Shown piece by piece: positions 27,368-40,100 of a stretch of 64,000 nucleotides of DNA; the first letter of the stretch is position 1, and every line of letters starts with the position of its first letter. Location: NCBI GenBank assembly GCA_951406725.2, contig OX597832.1, positions 6,324,001 to 6,388,000 of the forward strand, given 5' to 3'. This stretch comes from Octopus vulgaris. Its lineage: Eukaryota. The translations under genes and the position numbers were made by a program. The notes beneath the pieces are model-generated. The model worked only from the letters and a program-made list of their open reading frames with translations. It did not search any database and was not told the origin of the DNA.

Positions 27368-27525
27368 TACCTTAGGAATGAGAACCCAGGTTCAAAATTT
27401 CCCCAAGACACCTGATGAAGGCTGGAGGGTATATCAGCCAAAACGTTGTGTTAACAACAAAGATGAGGACAAATATCCATCAAATGTAAATAATGCAAAT
27501 AATGTACATATAATCTTATTTAAAT
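27004..27525. mobile_element. Head-to-head palindromic pair of a tRNA-headed, hammerhead-tailed short element
   Basis: 27004-27240 mirrors 27245-27525; A box tggcgtagtgg, B-box-like gagtt(c/a)(a/g)attc, (aat)n, then the HHR motif. Confidence 0.85.
27407..27452 (+). ncRNA. Minimal type I hammerhead ribozyme motif (G12 decayed to A)
   Basis: Stem I gacac/gtgtt; core CTGATGA 27412-27418; stem II ggctg/cagcc; (g>a)AAA; palindromic acgt; the mirror arm retains the G (cagctGAAAtgttg). Confidence 0.75.
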
Positions 27526-27661
27526 TATCTGAATTATCACCAATTAATTTTTTCTATTTTTTCTTCTTTTTTTTTTGCACTCGGTTTTCAAGCAAAAATT
27601 TTTCCTACCTGGTAAAATACAATCAGATATAGATTGTTAACATTTTGGTTTTATTGTTATT

Positions 27662-28540
27662 AGAGTGATGACCTGGCAGAATCATTAGAGCATTAGAAAA
27701 AGAATGCTTTGCTGTATTTCATTTGACTATGTTCTGAGTTCAAATTTTGCTGAGGTTAACTTCACCTATCATACTTTCAGGGTCAGTAAAATAAATACCA
27801 GTTGAGCACTTGGGGTAGATGTAATTGACTTATTCTCTCCCCCAAAATAGCTGGCCTTGTACCAAAATTTGAATCCATTAATATTATTGTTAAGGCAGTA
27901 AGCTGGTAGAATCATTGGCATGTCAGACAAAAATGACATTCTGAGTTCAAATCACGCTAAGGTCAACTGCTTTTCATCATTTTGAGGTTGATAAAATAAA
28001 GTACCAATCAAGTACTGAAGTTAATGTAATCAACTAACTACTCCCATTAAAATTGCTGACCTTGTGTCAAAATTTGAATAATGATGATCATCATCACCAA
28101 GGTGGCAAGCTGGTAGAACCATTAGCAGACTGAACAAAATGCTTAACTGTATTTCTTCCCACTTTACATTCTGCCAAGGTCAAATTTGCTTTCATCCTTT
28201 TAGAGTCAATATTATAAGTGTTAGTTAGACACTGGGGTCATTGTAATCATCTAGCCCTCTCCCCAAAAATTTCAGGCCTTGTGCGCAAGAATTATCATCA
28301 TCATTATTTGTATTAAGGCAGCAAAATAGCAGAATCATTGATGCATTGGACAAATATGCCATGTAGTGTCTGACTCTTTATGTCCTGACTTTTTATGTTT
28401 TTGGTTCAAATACGATTGAAATCAACTTTACTTTTCATCCTTTCAGAGTTGGTAAATAAAGTACCAGTTAGATACTGGGGTCAATGTAACCAACTAACCC
28501 CCTCCTCTAAAATTGCTGGCCTTGTGCCATTATTTGAAAT
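27662..28540 (+). mobile_element. Four tandem SINE family A copies (about 27662, 27891, 28099, 28314)
   Basis: Four consecutive diverged units, same orientation, separated by short att/atc-rich spacers. Confidence 0.9.
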
Positions 28541-28666
28541 TATTATTATTATTATTATCACAATAGATATTTTATTGGTTGAATGATATTTCAACAGCAA
28601 GTCAGTCTTTGTCAAGTTCAAAACAAGTCATAAAAATTCAAAATTATAGAAATTTGAATTTAAAGT

Positions 28667-29221
28667 ATGAATGAGAGCAACAAGCATCCACACTTTGATG
28701 GAATGACCTCTATTTCTGACTCCAAGAAAACGAACATTGAGGTATCTGCACATTGTACCTTGAAAAGCAGCCACATGGGAGATAAGCCCTGTTTATTGTG
28801 CAACAACATGAGTCATGTGAATTCCATCAGGAATCATAACAGAAATGTTATGATTTATACAGAAGATGGAACATGTAGAGATTCCCATTTCGTTTATGTG
28901 GCAGAATGCATGAAACACAACTTGATTTATGTTGGTTATACAACAGAACAATTAAACAAAAGATTTAATGGACACAGATATGACATCAGGCACAATAACA
29001 GTAGTTCGACAGAACTTGCCGAACATTTTGCTTCAAACAGCTGCAATTTTGAAAAAGATTTGAAAGTGCATATTCTCAGAAAATATTCTAAATCTGCTTC
29101 ACTTGCACTTCTCAAAATGCATGAGGAGAAATATGTTTGCGGGTTATTAATATCATGCCCTGGAGGAATGAATAAAATGACAGGAGAATATCATCAAGTT
29201 TATACAAAACTGTGTGATTAA
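28667..29221 (+). CDS. GIY-YIG endonuclease domain of the PLE (184-aa open frame)
   Basis: CLLC linker, GTCRDSHFVYVAEC.KHNLIYVGYTTEQLNKRFNGHRYDI...LAEHF...HEEKYVCGL...PGGMN; the CxxC linker is as in Neptune/Naiad-type PLEs. Confidence 0.8.
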   Translation: MNESNKHPHFDGMTSISDSKKTNIEVSAHCTLKSSHMGDKPCLLCNNMSHVNSIRNHNRNVMIYTEDGTCRDSHFVYVAECMKHNLIYVGYTTEQLNKRFNGHRYDIRHNNSSSTELAEHFASNSCNFEKDLKVHILRKYSKSASLALLKMHEEKYVCGLLISCPGGMNKMTGEYHQVYTKLCD

Positions 29222-29392
29222 CTGTTCTTTTTCCTTTCTTCTTTCCTCTTTTTTTCTGTCTTTCTTTTTGCTTGTTATAAAATTGAAACTTAAGACTGAT
29301 GATGTCATTCTATCAATGTGTGGACACTGGTTGCTCTTGTTCATATTTTAAATTTGAATTTCTATAATTTTGAATTTTTATCACTTCTTATT

Positions 29393-29432
29393 TTGAACTC
29401 GACAAAGACAGGCTTGTTGAAATATTGTTCAA
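29393..29432 (+). ncRNA. Decayed minimal hammerhead ribozyme in the pLTR (mirror copy 28579-28621 on -)
   Basis: Two copies give the consensus ttgaac-yTGAC(g)A-a-gacag/ctgt(c)-GAAA-ta-TC-gttcaa. Confidence 0.6.
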
Positions 29433-29599
29433 CCAATAAAATATCTATTGCAATCACATCACGATCTTTGTTTTATCTGTTTATCTTTGTGAAGAGTTAC
29501 ATCAATCCTTTTAAAATGTTATTATTATTGAAGGTTGTTTTAGCCTCATCTATACTATAACTATTTATTACAATATTTACGATAAAACAGTTATGAAAT

Positions 29600-31000
29600 A
29601 AAAGAAAGGATCTGCCTACAATTAAATATTTTGGAATAACCATTCTTTGGGTAATATAGACTCAATAAACTTGGTAAAACGTAATGATTATGTAATGTTT
29701 TCAATGAAATCCAAAATATTTCTAAAGATTTACAACATCATGAGAAAAAAATAAAGATATATTTATAAACTTGCATTAACTGAAATGAAATCTGAGAATT
29801 CTAATACAATTTCTTGGTAAGAATTCCAAAGGATATTGTAGATAAATCAAAATAGATTAGAACAAATGTTAGAGCAAAATATATTAAATATAGAAAGCCA
29901 CAGTATATATTCCCAATGAAAGAAGAATATTTATGGAAAGCGATTTCAGATTGGACACTCATATGAGAAAAGACTTTGTATCTGACAAATGGAATCAACT
30001 TGAGGATTAAATTCTCAAACTGACTAACATTTCATACAATCTGTAATCTATATAAAGGCTTATGAAGCAATATGAATAGAGAAGCAACATTAGAAATCAT
30101 GTTGACAATATACTTTGAACAAAATAAAACTAAGGTTAGAAAATGGGGTGAATTATTTTAAGTTACTTTAGAAATAGGAGACACTGATTATTTCAACCCA
30201 TTTAGCAATAATATTGAGGAAAACGTATTAATATTTGACTAACTGCTAGATTAATATTTACAACTTGAAATATAAATAAAAATATTAGTTATGACATAGA
30301 GGGTACTTATATTATAAAATAACAGAGACTATTTATTTGTAGATATAAATACCTCCAATAAGAAAATAGTCTCAACACAAAGCTATGAAAACTATTGCTT
30401 TTATCGTATCCATTAAACACTGGAGGTATTTCAAAAATTGTTCCAAATATTCACTTTATATCACTCAGTTCCAAACAAAAACATCCAAATCTATATATTG
30501 ATTGAAGAAAAATCTTCATACCAATTTTGTGGCTACACAAAAGACACAGTTTTTTAAATTGCTAAATAGAAGCTTCTTAACAATATATTCTTTAAATTGA
30601 TTTAAAATTCAAATATTCAAAGTCATAAAATACAGGCCCTGATTGTAAGTGAAGACATTGGAGGATTAAAAAAGAAAAATACTTCAACTGGTATTATGCT
30701 CAATGCTTGTTGTATGCACCAAAATATTACATGGTGATCTATTACATTCAGTTTATGTGATTTAGATAAAATAAAATTCCAATGTCAATAATATAGTAGA
30801 ACAGAATGTAACAAAAATGATTGTTACAAAAATGAATACACCAGCACTTTTTCAAGTGACAAGACCAATGTTTTGAGATATAGATGATGAACATGCACTT
30901 TACAAATATTTTATTTTTAACAGACCTATAGAAAAAAAGGGCGAAGTGAATTCCAACATCATTTGAAATCAAGCAGGAGAGACAGAACTTTATTGCTTAC
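29600..31000 (+). mobile_element. Possible extremely decayed non-LTR RT remnant
   Basis: A-rich coding-like skew with weak residual motifs such as IKAYE and NREATLEIML. Confidence 0.25.
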
Positions 31001-31470
31001 ATAGTTGCCCAATTAAGAAAAATAATTTTATTTTGAAAACAAATGTTATCATGTATCCTTTTAACATTAAACAGCATATTAGTAATCTAGAATAACAACA
31101 ACAAAATAGATTTGCCCAACAACTTAGGGCTACTAAAATATCAAATTATATATTATTTCACTATATATTTACTAGTTCAGTGTTATACTAAACCAGATAA
31201 GATATAGCTTGTAATATCAACATTACTTCCCATACCTCCGGAATCTTATAGTCAGTGCCAAGGAAAGGAGAAAGGAATAAATGAAAATAACACAAACATC
31301 TGAGAAGACAAGATTTAGGTTACTAGGCTGAAGAGTACATTCGCGTTTCTTTTGGCATTTGGTTTTGTTCTAGTCTAAGAGTCAAAGAATTACTTGTTTT
31401 ACTTTCCTACAAATGACAATACTAAAGAGCTAACCTAACTGGAAAAAAAAACTAAAAGAGTTCAGTAAAA

Positions 31471-31687
31471 TATTCTTTTCTACTTTAGGCACAAGGCCCA
31501 ACATTTTGGGGAGGGTGCCAGTCAATTAGATCAAACCCAGTTTGCAATTAGTACTTAATTTCTTGACCCCAAAAGGATGAAAGGCAAAGTCAACCACAGC
31601 AGAATTTGAACTCAGAACATAAAGACAGACGAAATACCACTAAGTATTTCACCCTGTGTGCTAACATTTCTGCCAGCTTACTACCTT
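31471..31687 (-). mobile_element. SINE family A with TSD
   Basis: Full-length match; agtaaaatattct on both sides. Confidence 0.88.
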
Positions 31688-32459
31688 CAGTAGTAAAATA
31701 TTCTCACATAAGTGTGAATAACTTATATGATTTCATTTATAGATTTAATCTTATGAAATACTGAAGAGAGCATTTTTTTTTCTTCTGACTGTACACAAGT
31801 GACAAAATATTTTCTGAAAAGCAGACAAAATCCTCCTTCAGTCATTTTTCAATATTAAATGTATACATTAATGTTTTTATGTCTTGTTAACACAAACATT
31901 TTCTATGTACATGCCTACATCTAGCAAGCTAATTTAACCAGATTCTACATGGCATTTACCAAATAATTCTACATGTCATTTACTGATTCTGTAATCAAGG
32001 TGAAAGAAATACACCTTAATAGCATGTTTCAGATGACAATTATTGCCAGTCATAATGAACATCTAATTAATGGTGTTAAGTTAGGCACTGGCCACATGAT
32101 CATAAGTTCGAATGTGTCTATTGTTGTAAAGAAGATAAATATTCTTGCTTCAAGTAAAATACAGAATCAAAGAACACAAGTGAGGATGTACATCAGCAAC
32201 AAATAATCGAAGAAGCGTAATTTGAATAATTTTTTTTTATATGCTGTAGTTTTAAATAAAGAAAGAGAGATTCTGTTTCATGCTACAGGTACTTAACAAG
32301 GAAGTGAAGAAGAGGGCTATATAATATGGTTAAAATGTATCATTTGGATCTCATTGCATGAACTGCACACTTTCCTCACAGCAAATACATATATTTAAAC
32401 TACCACACACTTCCTCTACGTTTTTTCCTGACAAGAAAAACAGTTTTTTAATTCTACTA

Positions 32460-32885
32460 AAATTTCCATTTTATCATCCACTTTTCCAAGGTTGCATGAA
32501 CCAGAGAGTGTTTACTGAGGGGGATTTTCTATGGCCAGGTGCCCTTCTTGATGCTAACCCTCAAACAAGCTAATACTTCTCATGTCCTTGCAGTATATTG
32601 GAAATGACTAACACTGCTTGTATGACAGTGACACTCATTTACAACTGTCAACAATATCGAGATAAAGATGCAGAAACATGCACATTCAAAAACACAAATG
32701 TATATATATATATACATCTATGTATATATATATACAGGCTTCTATCAGTTTCTGTCAACCAAATCCACTCATAAGGCTTTAGTTGGCCTTGGGTTACACT
32801 AGAAAACCCTTGTCCAAGGCACCACATAGGAGGACTGAACCTGGAACCATGAGGTTGAGAAGCAAAATTCTTACAGCCAGGCCTG
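32460..32885 (-). mobile_element. SINE family B variant with RTE-like tail
   Basis: ggcttctatcagtttctgtcaaccaaatccactcataaggc...ggactgaacctggaaccatg. Confidence 0.75.
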
Positions 32886-34679
32886 TGAATGAAAATCCCC
32901 ACATCCCACCCACATGAGCATGGAAAATGAAATATGTAAAGAAAGTGGTATTTAAATTATATGTTGCATGTGAGAAACATTAATGTATATGATGCTATTA
33001 GAATTTAACATCTCAGAATTTATTGAAAGTACTCACATATAGAATACTTGTCTAATGATATACCACTGAGACCATATTGGAGAATGAGAAATAACTGCTT
33101 GCTACAACATTATTCGCTATTTATCACCAGTAAACTTCTACTTTTAACAGCAGTAAATATAGTGTTACTAATGGCAATAACATCCCATAGCAGTTAATAG
33201 ATGCTGCTTTGCTAAAATGTAAAATTTTGCTCCTGAAAGAGCAAATGTATCACAATATATCAAACATATAAGACTTACAGAGTATGCCTTCCAATGTTAG
33301 ATGCATTAAAACAACAGCTCATGCAATCATTGACCCTGCCAGGTATTTTTTAAGCAGATTTGGAAATTAAGAGAAAGGAGATATAAACAGCATTAGATGA
33401 GCCATATTGGATAAGGTACTAATACTTAGAAATTAATCAAAATTCCATAACTCCTTGCTTACAGAGAAACTCACCACCTTATTCTAATCTTGAACAAAAG
33501 AAGCAAACTAATTCAAACTATAGTTTAGTGAGGAAGGTTATATACATAACCATTACAGGCCTTAGTAAACTAGTGAGACTGATGTTAGTGACATTCTTTC
33601 ATGAACATCAAAACACCTTCCCAATATATAAATCAAAGTTGTTGTCAACAAACATGTTACAGTTTGAAAAATGCAATTTACACCGTCACCATATCCTGTC
33701 TTCCCAAACTGCTGATGTGTGCAGTCAATCAGAAGCCAGATAGAACTGAATTACAATTTGGAAATATCTTATCTGGAACACAAGATTAAACACACCCTCA
33801 CATATGCAAGTAAACATGCAAACAAACAAACACTCAAGCCAACACCCCAAAGCAAGCACACAAGAGCTTTAGGTTAAATCCCAAAACTGTGCAAGCTAAT
33901 TATATTTGAGATTAAGCTTATTCATATGATAAAAATTCACTACTTAGAAAAATAAAACCAGCAAGCTGCTTTCCTCTTAACAATACTAATAGTTTGGTAT
34001 TCATAATTTCCTTCTTTTAGTCAAATAAAAACTAATATTGCTTTAAATCAAATTTATCTATAATCAGTTTATCCCAACATAATACAAACCAATATTAAGA
34101 ACTGCATATTGCATTTGGTAATGTGGTAAATATAGACAAGCTCACTCATTTTCTTTAATTGTTATATACCGATTCATTCAACTTAATCACTTTTAAAAAT
34201 AACTGAAATTAGAAAACCTATAATCTCTTCTGGCAAAAAAGTCTCACATTTCTTGAGAAAGAATGGGTTGTGCTAATGATTATAGCAAATTAATTTTCTC
34301 ATCTTTCATGAGTAATTGTAGTTTCCACACATGTTCTGCAACAATAACTGCCATGATATAAAGAAATAAATTACTGATGTAAATTACTGATTAAATGATG
34401 GTGCCCCAGCATGGCCACAGCTCGTGAGCTGAAACTAGAATCAATCAATCACTCATGTAACAATGGCTCCTATTGCTAAAAAACAGTGAACCAAATGCAA
34501 AAATAAAATAAATCCAGAAATCTTCTCAGTTATTATGGACCGAATCATGAGTTTTTAAGAAAAGTTTGATTATAATGCTAAATAAACAGAACAATATTAA
34601 TTAATATGGATCAAGATATGTAGTGCATTGCTGCACTCAAAAAGACTCACCCATCACAACAGAACTGAGATTCTAAAAC

Positions 34680-34918
34680 CAAGGTGCCACATAAAAAGCA
34701 TTGTTGTGGGTGCTGGTGCCATGTAAAAAGCACTGGTGATGGTTCCACATAAACAAGCACTCAGTACACTCTGTTAATTAGTTGGCATTAGGAAGGACAT
34801 CCAGTAGTAGAAACCAAACCAAACAGACAATGGAACCTGGTGCAGCTCCTGGCCTTGCCAGTTCCTGTCAAACCATTCAACCATGCCAGCACGGAAAACT
34901 GATGTTAAATGTTGATGT
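34680..34918 (+). mobile_element. RTE LINE 3'UTR and tail fragment
   Basis: ggtgccacataaaaagca repeats, gttggcattaggaagg, ccatgccagcacggaaaactgatgttaaa. Confidence 0.75.
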
Positions 34919-35017
34919 AAATATTCCTATGCCTTTTCAAATAAACTAGAGCTTTAAAATTACAAACCTATTGATATGTAGCAAATTACATTGAGTTTGA
35001 AATGAATATCTGCAGTG

Positions 35018-37190
35018 AATATCAATAGCAAATACAGGATCTCCTACTTCCTCTCAATGATCATACACCCCATAATCCAGATGTTTGTGACAGCATGGAA
35101 GATCTCCTCAGTAGGATCAATGACTGTAACAACACATGCAACCTGACAAGATGTATAGTGCATAGCATGGACGTGGTATCACTATACCCATCTATCAACG
35201 TGAATTTTGTGGTAGAGGAGTGGAGATGATCAGCGAGAGCAAAGTGGAGTTCCGCAATGTCAACACAGAGGAACTGGGCCTCCTACTTAGACTGACATAT
35301 GACAATGAATATCTAGACAAACATAATTTTAGAAGTTTCTGCCCCAGTAGACGTTTAAGAGGTAGACCCCCGCCCACAATTATATCTATGGCTAGGAAGA
35401 CCCTTATAGAGAGATGGAGAGGATGGACCAGAGCCATACGGATCCCTGAAAATGAATATCAAGTAAAGAAAATGATTGCACATGCACTAGGAGCTAGTAT
35501 AAGAATTACTCTAAAAGGCCACATGTTTAAGTTTAACAACAAAATATATGCCTAGAATGATGGAGCAGCCATCAGGGTTAGTATCGCCAGTGATGTGGCC
35601 AACCTCTTCATGGTATGGTGGGATAGATGGCTTAAAGAACGCCTGACACAGAACTCCATACTCATGAACATGTACTCTCGCTATGTTGATGATATCAGCA
35701 TAGTGATAAAGGCACACCCACAAGAGTGTACTCTTGAAATAGAAATAGAAACTAATACTATGGAGAGCATCCAGCAAATAGCGAACTCCATCCACCAGAG
35801 TATTAAGGTTATGTTAGACTACGCTATGAAACACCCTAACCATGACTACCAGTACTAGATACAAAACTCTGGCTGGAAAGTGGGAATAATAAAACCCAAA
35901 TCCTTCATTCACACTATGCCAAACCTATAGCCTCCAAATACCTGATCCACCGGAACTCAGCTATCGTGGACAATGCAAAATTCAATATATTGATGGCAGA
36001 CCTCATCAGAGTAATGAGAAATGTGTCCTACATGTGTGACCCTACAGTTCTCAGGATACAGCCATAGAGAAAGGATCAGAGTATGCAAAGGAGCCATGAG
36101 GAAATTTGAAACTATCATACGTAACAACAGGAATGAGATTTTCCCACTCTATAGGAGCAAGTCATGGAACACCATTGAAAGGATTAAGAAAATAGGGAAG
36201 GTCAAATCATGGTACGATAGCCACAAATACCAGAGTGTCATGTTTGTCAACACCACCCCTAGAGGTAAACTGGCATACTGCTTCAGAAAGACCCTAGACA
36301 AACTTAAGCTATGAATTAATGTTGTAGAAAGACCAGGTAACCCTATCAAATCCTTAATTGGTAGACCCTACCCTTTTAGTAGAACCCCCTGAATTGTATG
36401 TGGATTTAGCCAACAGACAAACTGTAAAGCTAGGAATGTAGTCTATAGTATAAGATGTACAGAAGGATGGTGCAGTAACAAGACAACATATGTAAGGGAG
36501 ATAGCACAGAGCATAGGAGAGCAAGTAAATGAGTATTGGAGGGAACTTAAGAAGGAGAAGAGTTAATTGGTTCTATACCAGCAGGCCGAACAGGAACACA
36601 GGAGCTCACTCAACAACATAGAAGTTAAAATCTTGTCCATACACAGAACAGACGCAACGCTTACACAAATTACGGAATCTACACTCATAATAGAAGATAA
36701 CACTAGCACACACTCACCACACACCACAACCTATGACTGAATAAGATACCCATAAACTGATAGTAATAAGAAATAAATAAATGAAATTGAATTACTATAT
36801 ACATAAACAAAATAAATTAATGCAAAAAAAGAAAGAAAAGAAAAAGTAAGTAGATATAAACAAATGAATAAAATAAAAGTAAATTAAACAAACACGTATA
36901 AACTGGAGATACTGATAATGCAGGCACATTCACATACACACACACTTACTAAACATAGACATACACAAGGATATACGCATGTGCAAATAAAGACACATAC
37001 AATGGGAATACAAAATGGCAGATTGTTAGTAAGGAGAGACACACAAAAAAAGGAAGAAGAAAGCAAAGAACCACTGATGAGGTCACAGAAGTGTGGCAAA
37101 AGAACTCTGGCCAAAATACGATTAATATAAAATAAAGCTGAAGCAAGGGAACACCAGATATATAATGCATGTGTTTTCACTGGCTAAACT
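35018..37190 (+). mobile_element. Penelope-like element: frameshifted RT plus GIY-YIG and 3' pLTR
   Basis: SMDVVSLYPS, HMFKFNNKIYA*NDGAAI, YSRYVDD, HSHYAKPIAS, NCKARNVVYSIRC...TYVREIAQSIGEQVNEY; HHR motif downstream. Confidence 0.9.
37071..37110 (+). ncRNA. Minimal hammerhead ribozyme motif of the PLE (G12 decayed to A)
   Basis: cca-CTGATGA-g-gtcaca/gaag/tgtggc-(g>a)AAA-gaac-TC-tgg. Confidence 0.65.
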
Positions 37191-40100
37191 GGCAACATGA
37201 CCATCCCCAAATACAATAATATCTGTTAAAACACGAATTCACATCAAGAATCTTGCAAAACAAATATATTAAATCATATATTTATTTATCTATTTGACCT
37301 TTATAGATACATCACTAACAATTTGAGGCACAATACAATAAATTTACTTTATGAAGAAAATGTTGGTTATCTTTTTTAAGTATAATAAAATCAACTATAC
37401 ATAGTAACTAAACAAGAAATCATTGGTCCATATTAGGACTGTTACAGTAACATGTCTCTTATTCAGTGTCCCTGACCACCTTGCTATAAATGCATACCAC
37501 AGATTTCCCTACTATAGTTTTGAGGAGGAAGCCTAGTAATGCTTTGGCTACATCATATATGTGAGGGCAACAGAGAAGCATAGAACATCTGAAGCCAAAT
37601 GTTTAAAGGAAAGTTGGGAACTTTTGAGATATGTTGTTGGTAAGTAAGTTTATACTTCAAGACTGCTTCTGCACACTTTGCGAAAAAAAAAAAAGGCTAG
37701 ATTATGATGTCAACCCTCTGAATGATAATTTCAAGGACTCTCTTCGTAAATGCACTTCATATCTTAGCCTAATATATTTAGTTTGCATGTGGCTGATGCT
37801 TTTGTGCCAATGGTTATAACAAGAAATGTTACTTACTAAATAAGAATGAGATAATTCTAAAGTAACTGAGACTATGGATCAAATATATGAAGTGATCTGA
37901 CAAACTTATTTATTACTTTAACAAAAATATTCTTTAAAATAATTAAGTATTAATTTCACATTTTATATTTTTGCTGTGTATTTTTTGCAAAGGTAAAATA
38001 ATTTAGAAAGCAATCTTCAAACTGACAAGCAATTATAATGACATAACACAGTAATATGAGTGATACAATCAGGCAGTGCATGTATAATATTACCAGAATT
38101 AATATCTTGATTAAATTTTCTAAAATTTGAAATATTATGAAAAAGAAAAATATACAAATTATGATAATGAAAAAGAAAGTATAAAATATGATTCAAAGTA
38201 ATTGATTTTTTTTACTTGATGTGAAGTACTCTCCTAGAGAAAAACTAATTTTATTAAGGTAAAATTCAATAAAATTGTAACAACATCACTAAAAGACTTT
38301 CTATTATCAAAGTCTTGAAATATTCAATTCTTTCAATACAAATTTGATATGAAAACATTTTTTCCTGTTTAAACATTGCTAAGATATTTCCTGTTTATTT
38401 TATTTTAGTCTAATTCATAATGTAATTTTTCTAGCTGTCCATCAGCAAATGAGCAAAACATTATAAAAGTGATTTTGCTGTAGACAAAATTTGAATGCAA
38501 GCATTACCTATAAAATATTTTTACCTGTGAAATTGGAATTAGAAAAAAGAGAGAAAAATCTAGTATGAAAAAACTGAGGGAGTTATGAATTCAAGTTAAA
38601 TACAATATCTAAATTTAATCTTATAAAATGCTCTCAAAACTGCAAGACTTCCTTTCAAATTATTTAAACAGCTGCTAACTGGATAAAAATCATTTCATTC
38701 TGCTTCAGTTACCAATAATTTAACTTTATTATTTTTACACATAACTGATTGCAAGAGTAACTGAACTCTATTTCTCAAATCTTTTGCAAAGTCTCAAAAT
38801 TTTTCATTTTTTTTTTTTTAATGCTTTTAGTTTGTTGGGAAGAGACAGTTCACACAATCTCTAGTGTTGTAGAGTAACCGTAAGAATAACTGGACAAGAC
38901 TAGCTTCAGTCAGCTTGGGTGGTTGATAACTGATTATTAAATAGAAGTTCCAGGGAAATGACATTCAAGAGGAGGGTTGTGAAAGTGTTTAATTTGCATT
39001 TTGTATTACGGAAACTTCATTATATATATAAAATTTTTTAATCTCTCACATTTTTAGGGTAGAACTTAAGTCAGTTCAATATATTTACAGGTACTTATTT
39101 TATTAAGCACATAAGGAAGAAAAATTAAGTTTAACCACAGTGGGATTTGAACTCAAAAGAAAGAATTGGCTTGGTGTTTTAGCATTTATTCCATTTCACT
39201 GCCAAAATTTTACTTATAATACTGAATGACTTAGCTTACTGAGAAGATATCTAAAACAGCTATTCTAAATATTGCTTGGCACTATCATACTAATTCAGCA
39301 GAATATAAAGTACATAATTATGAAATGGATATTGTAATCTATATTTGAATAAAAGGTTAAATGTTGCAAATGTGAAATACTTCTGAAGTGTAAAAATTGA
39401 TTGAAAGACATCTCAAACTAAAAATAGAACATGATTGCATCTTTATATTTAAAAGATAATAATCTCAGAATAAGTTTCAGATAAATAAAGATCAAATTGT
39501 AAGGCAATACTGTTTAGTAAACAAACATTGATTTGCTTCCCCACCATCACCACTTACAAAGACACTCATGTCAGTATTAAAACTGGGGCAAATAAACCTC
39601 TTATTAATGCTTATCTTAGACCACATTCCACTATTCTTCCAGTTCATTTTGCATAGAATATATTAATTTAAAATAACAATTAACAAGCTGTATGAAATAT
39701 ATGGGAATTTGCCAAGATGTAACAGAAGGTGTGCATTTAAGCTGAACAACAGCAGAGTTCCTTGAATAGCTGTTCATTTGAAAAGTGAATGTGACAATGA
39801 AACTAGACTATATTGTTCTTAGCATTAGCTTTCATCATCCAAATTTTTAAACTAACATAATGTCAAAACTGATTTTCATCCAGGTTATTTCCCAAATATA
39901 TTTCTAACATGAAGCATTAAAAAGGCTTTAAAGAATAAATTACATATAGGTAAACCAGGTGGAAGGAATTATGGAAGAGATAGATTGAGTAGAAATGAAG
40001 GAAATGACAAAAGACAGTGTTAGTAACCAGATACAATACTGGGGAAGACCCATCCAAAGCACACAATATGGAAGGGGTGGACACAAAGACAAAATAATAT

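Larger units (their letters stand above)
28561..29519 (+). mobile_element. 5'-truncated Penelope-like element with inverted pseudo-LTR
   Basis: 28561-28708 is about 85% identical to the reverse complement of 29303-29450 and flanks a GIY-YIG domain; sits in an (ATT)n run. Confidence 0.88.
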
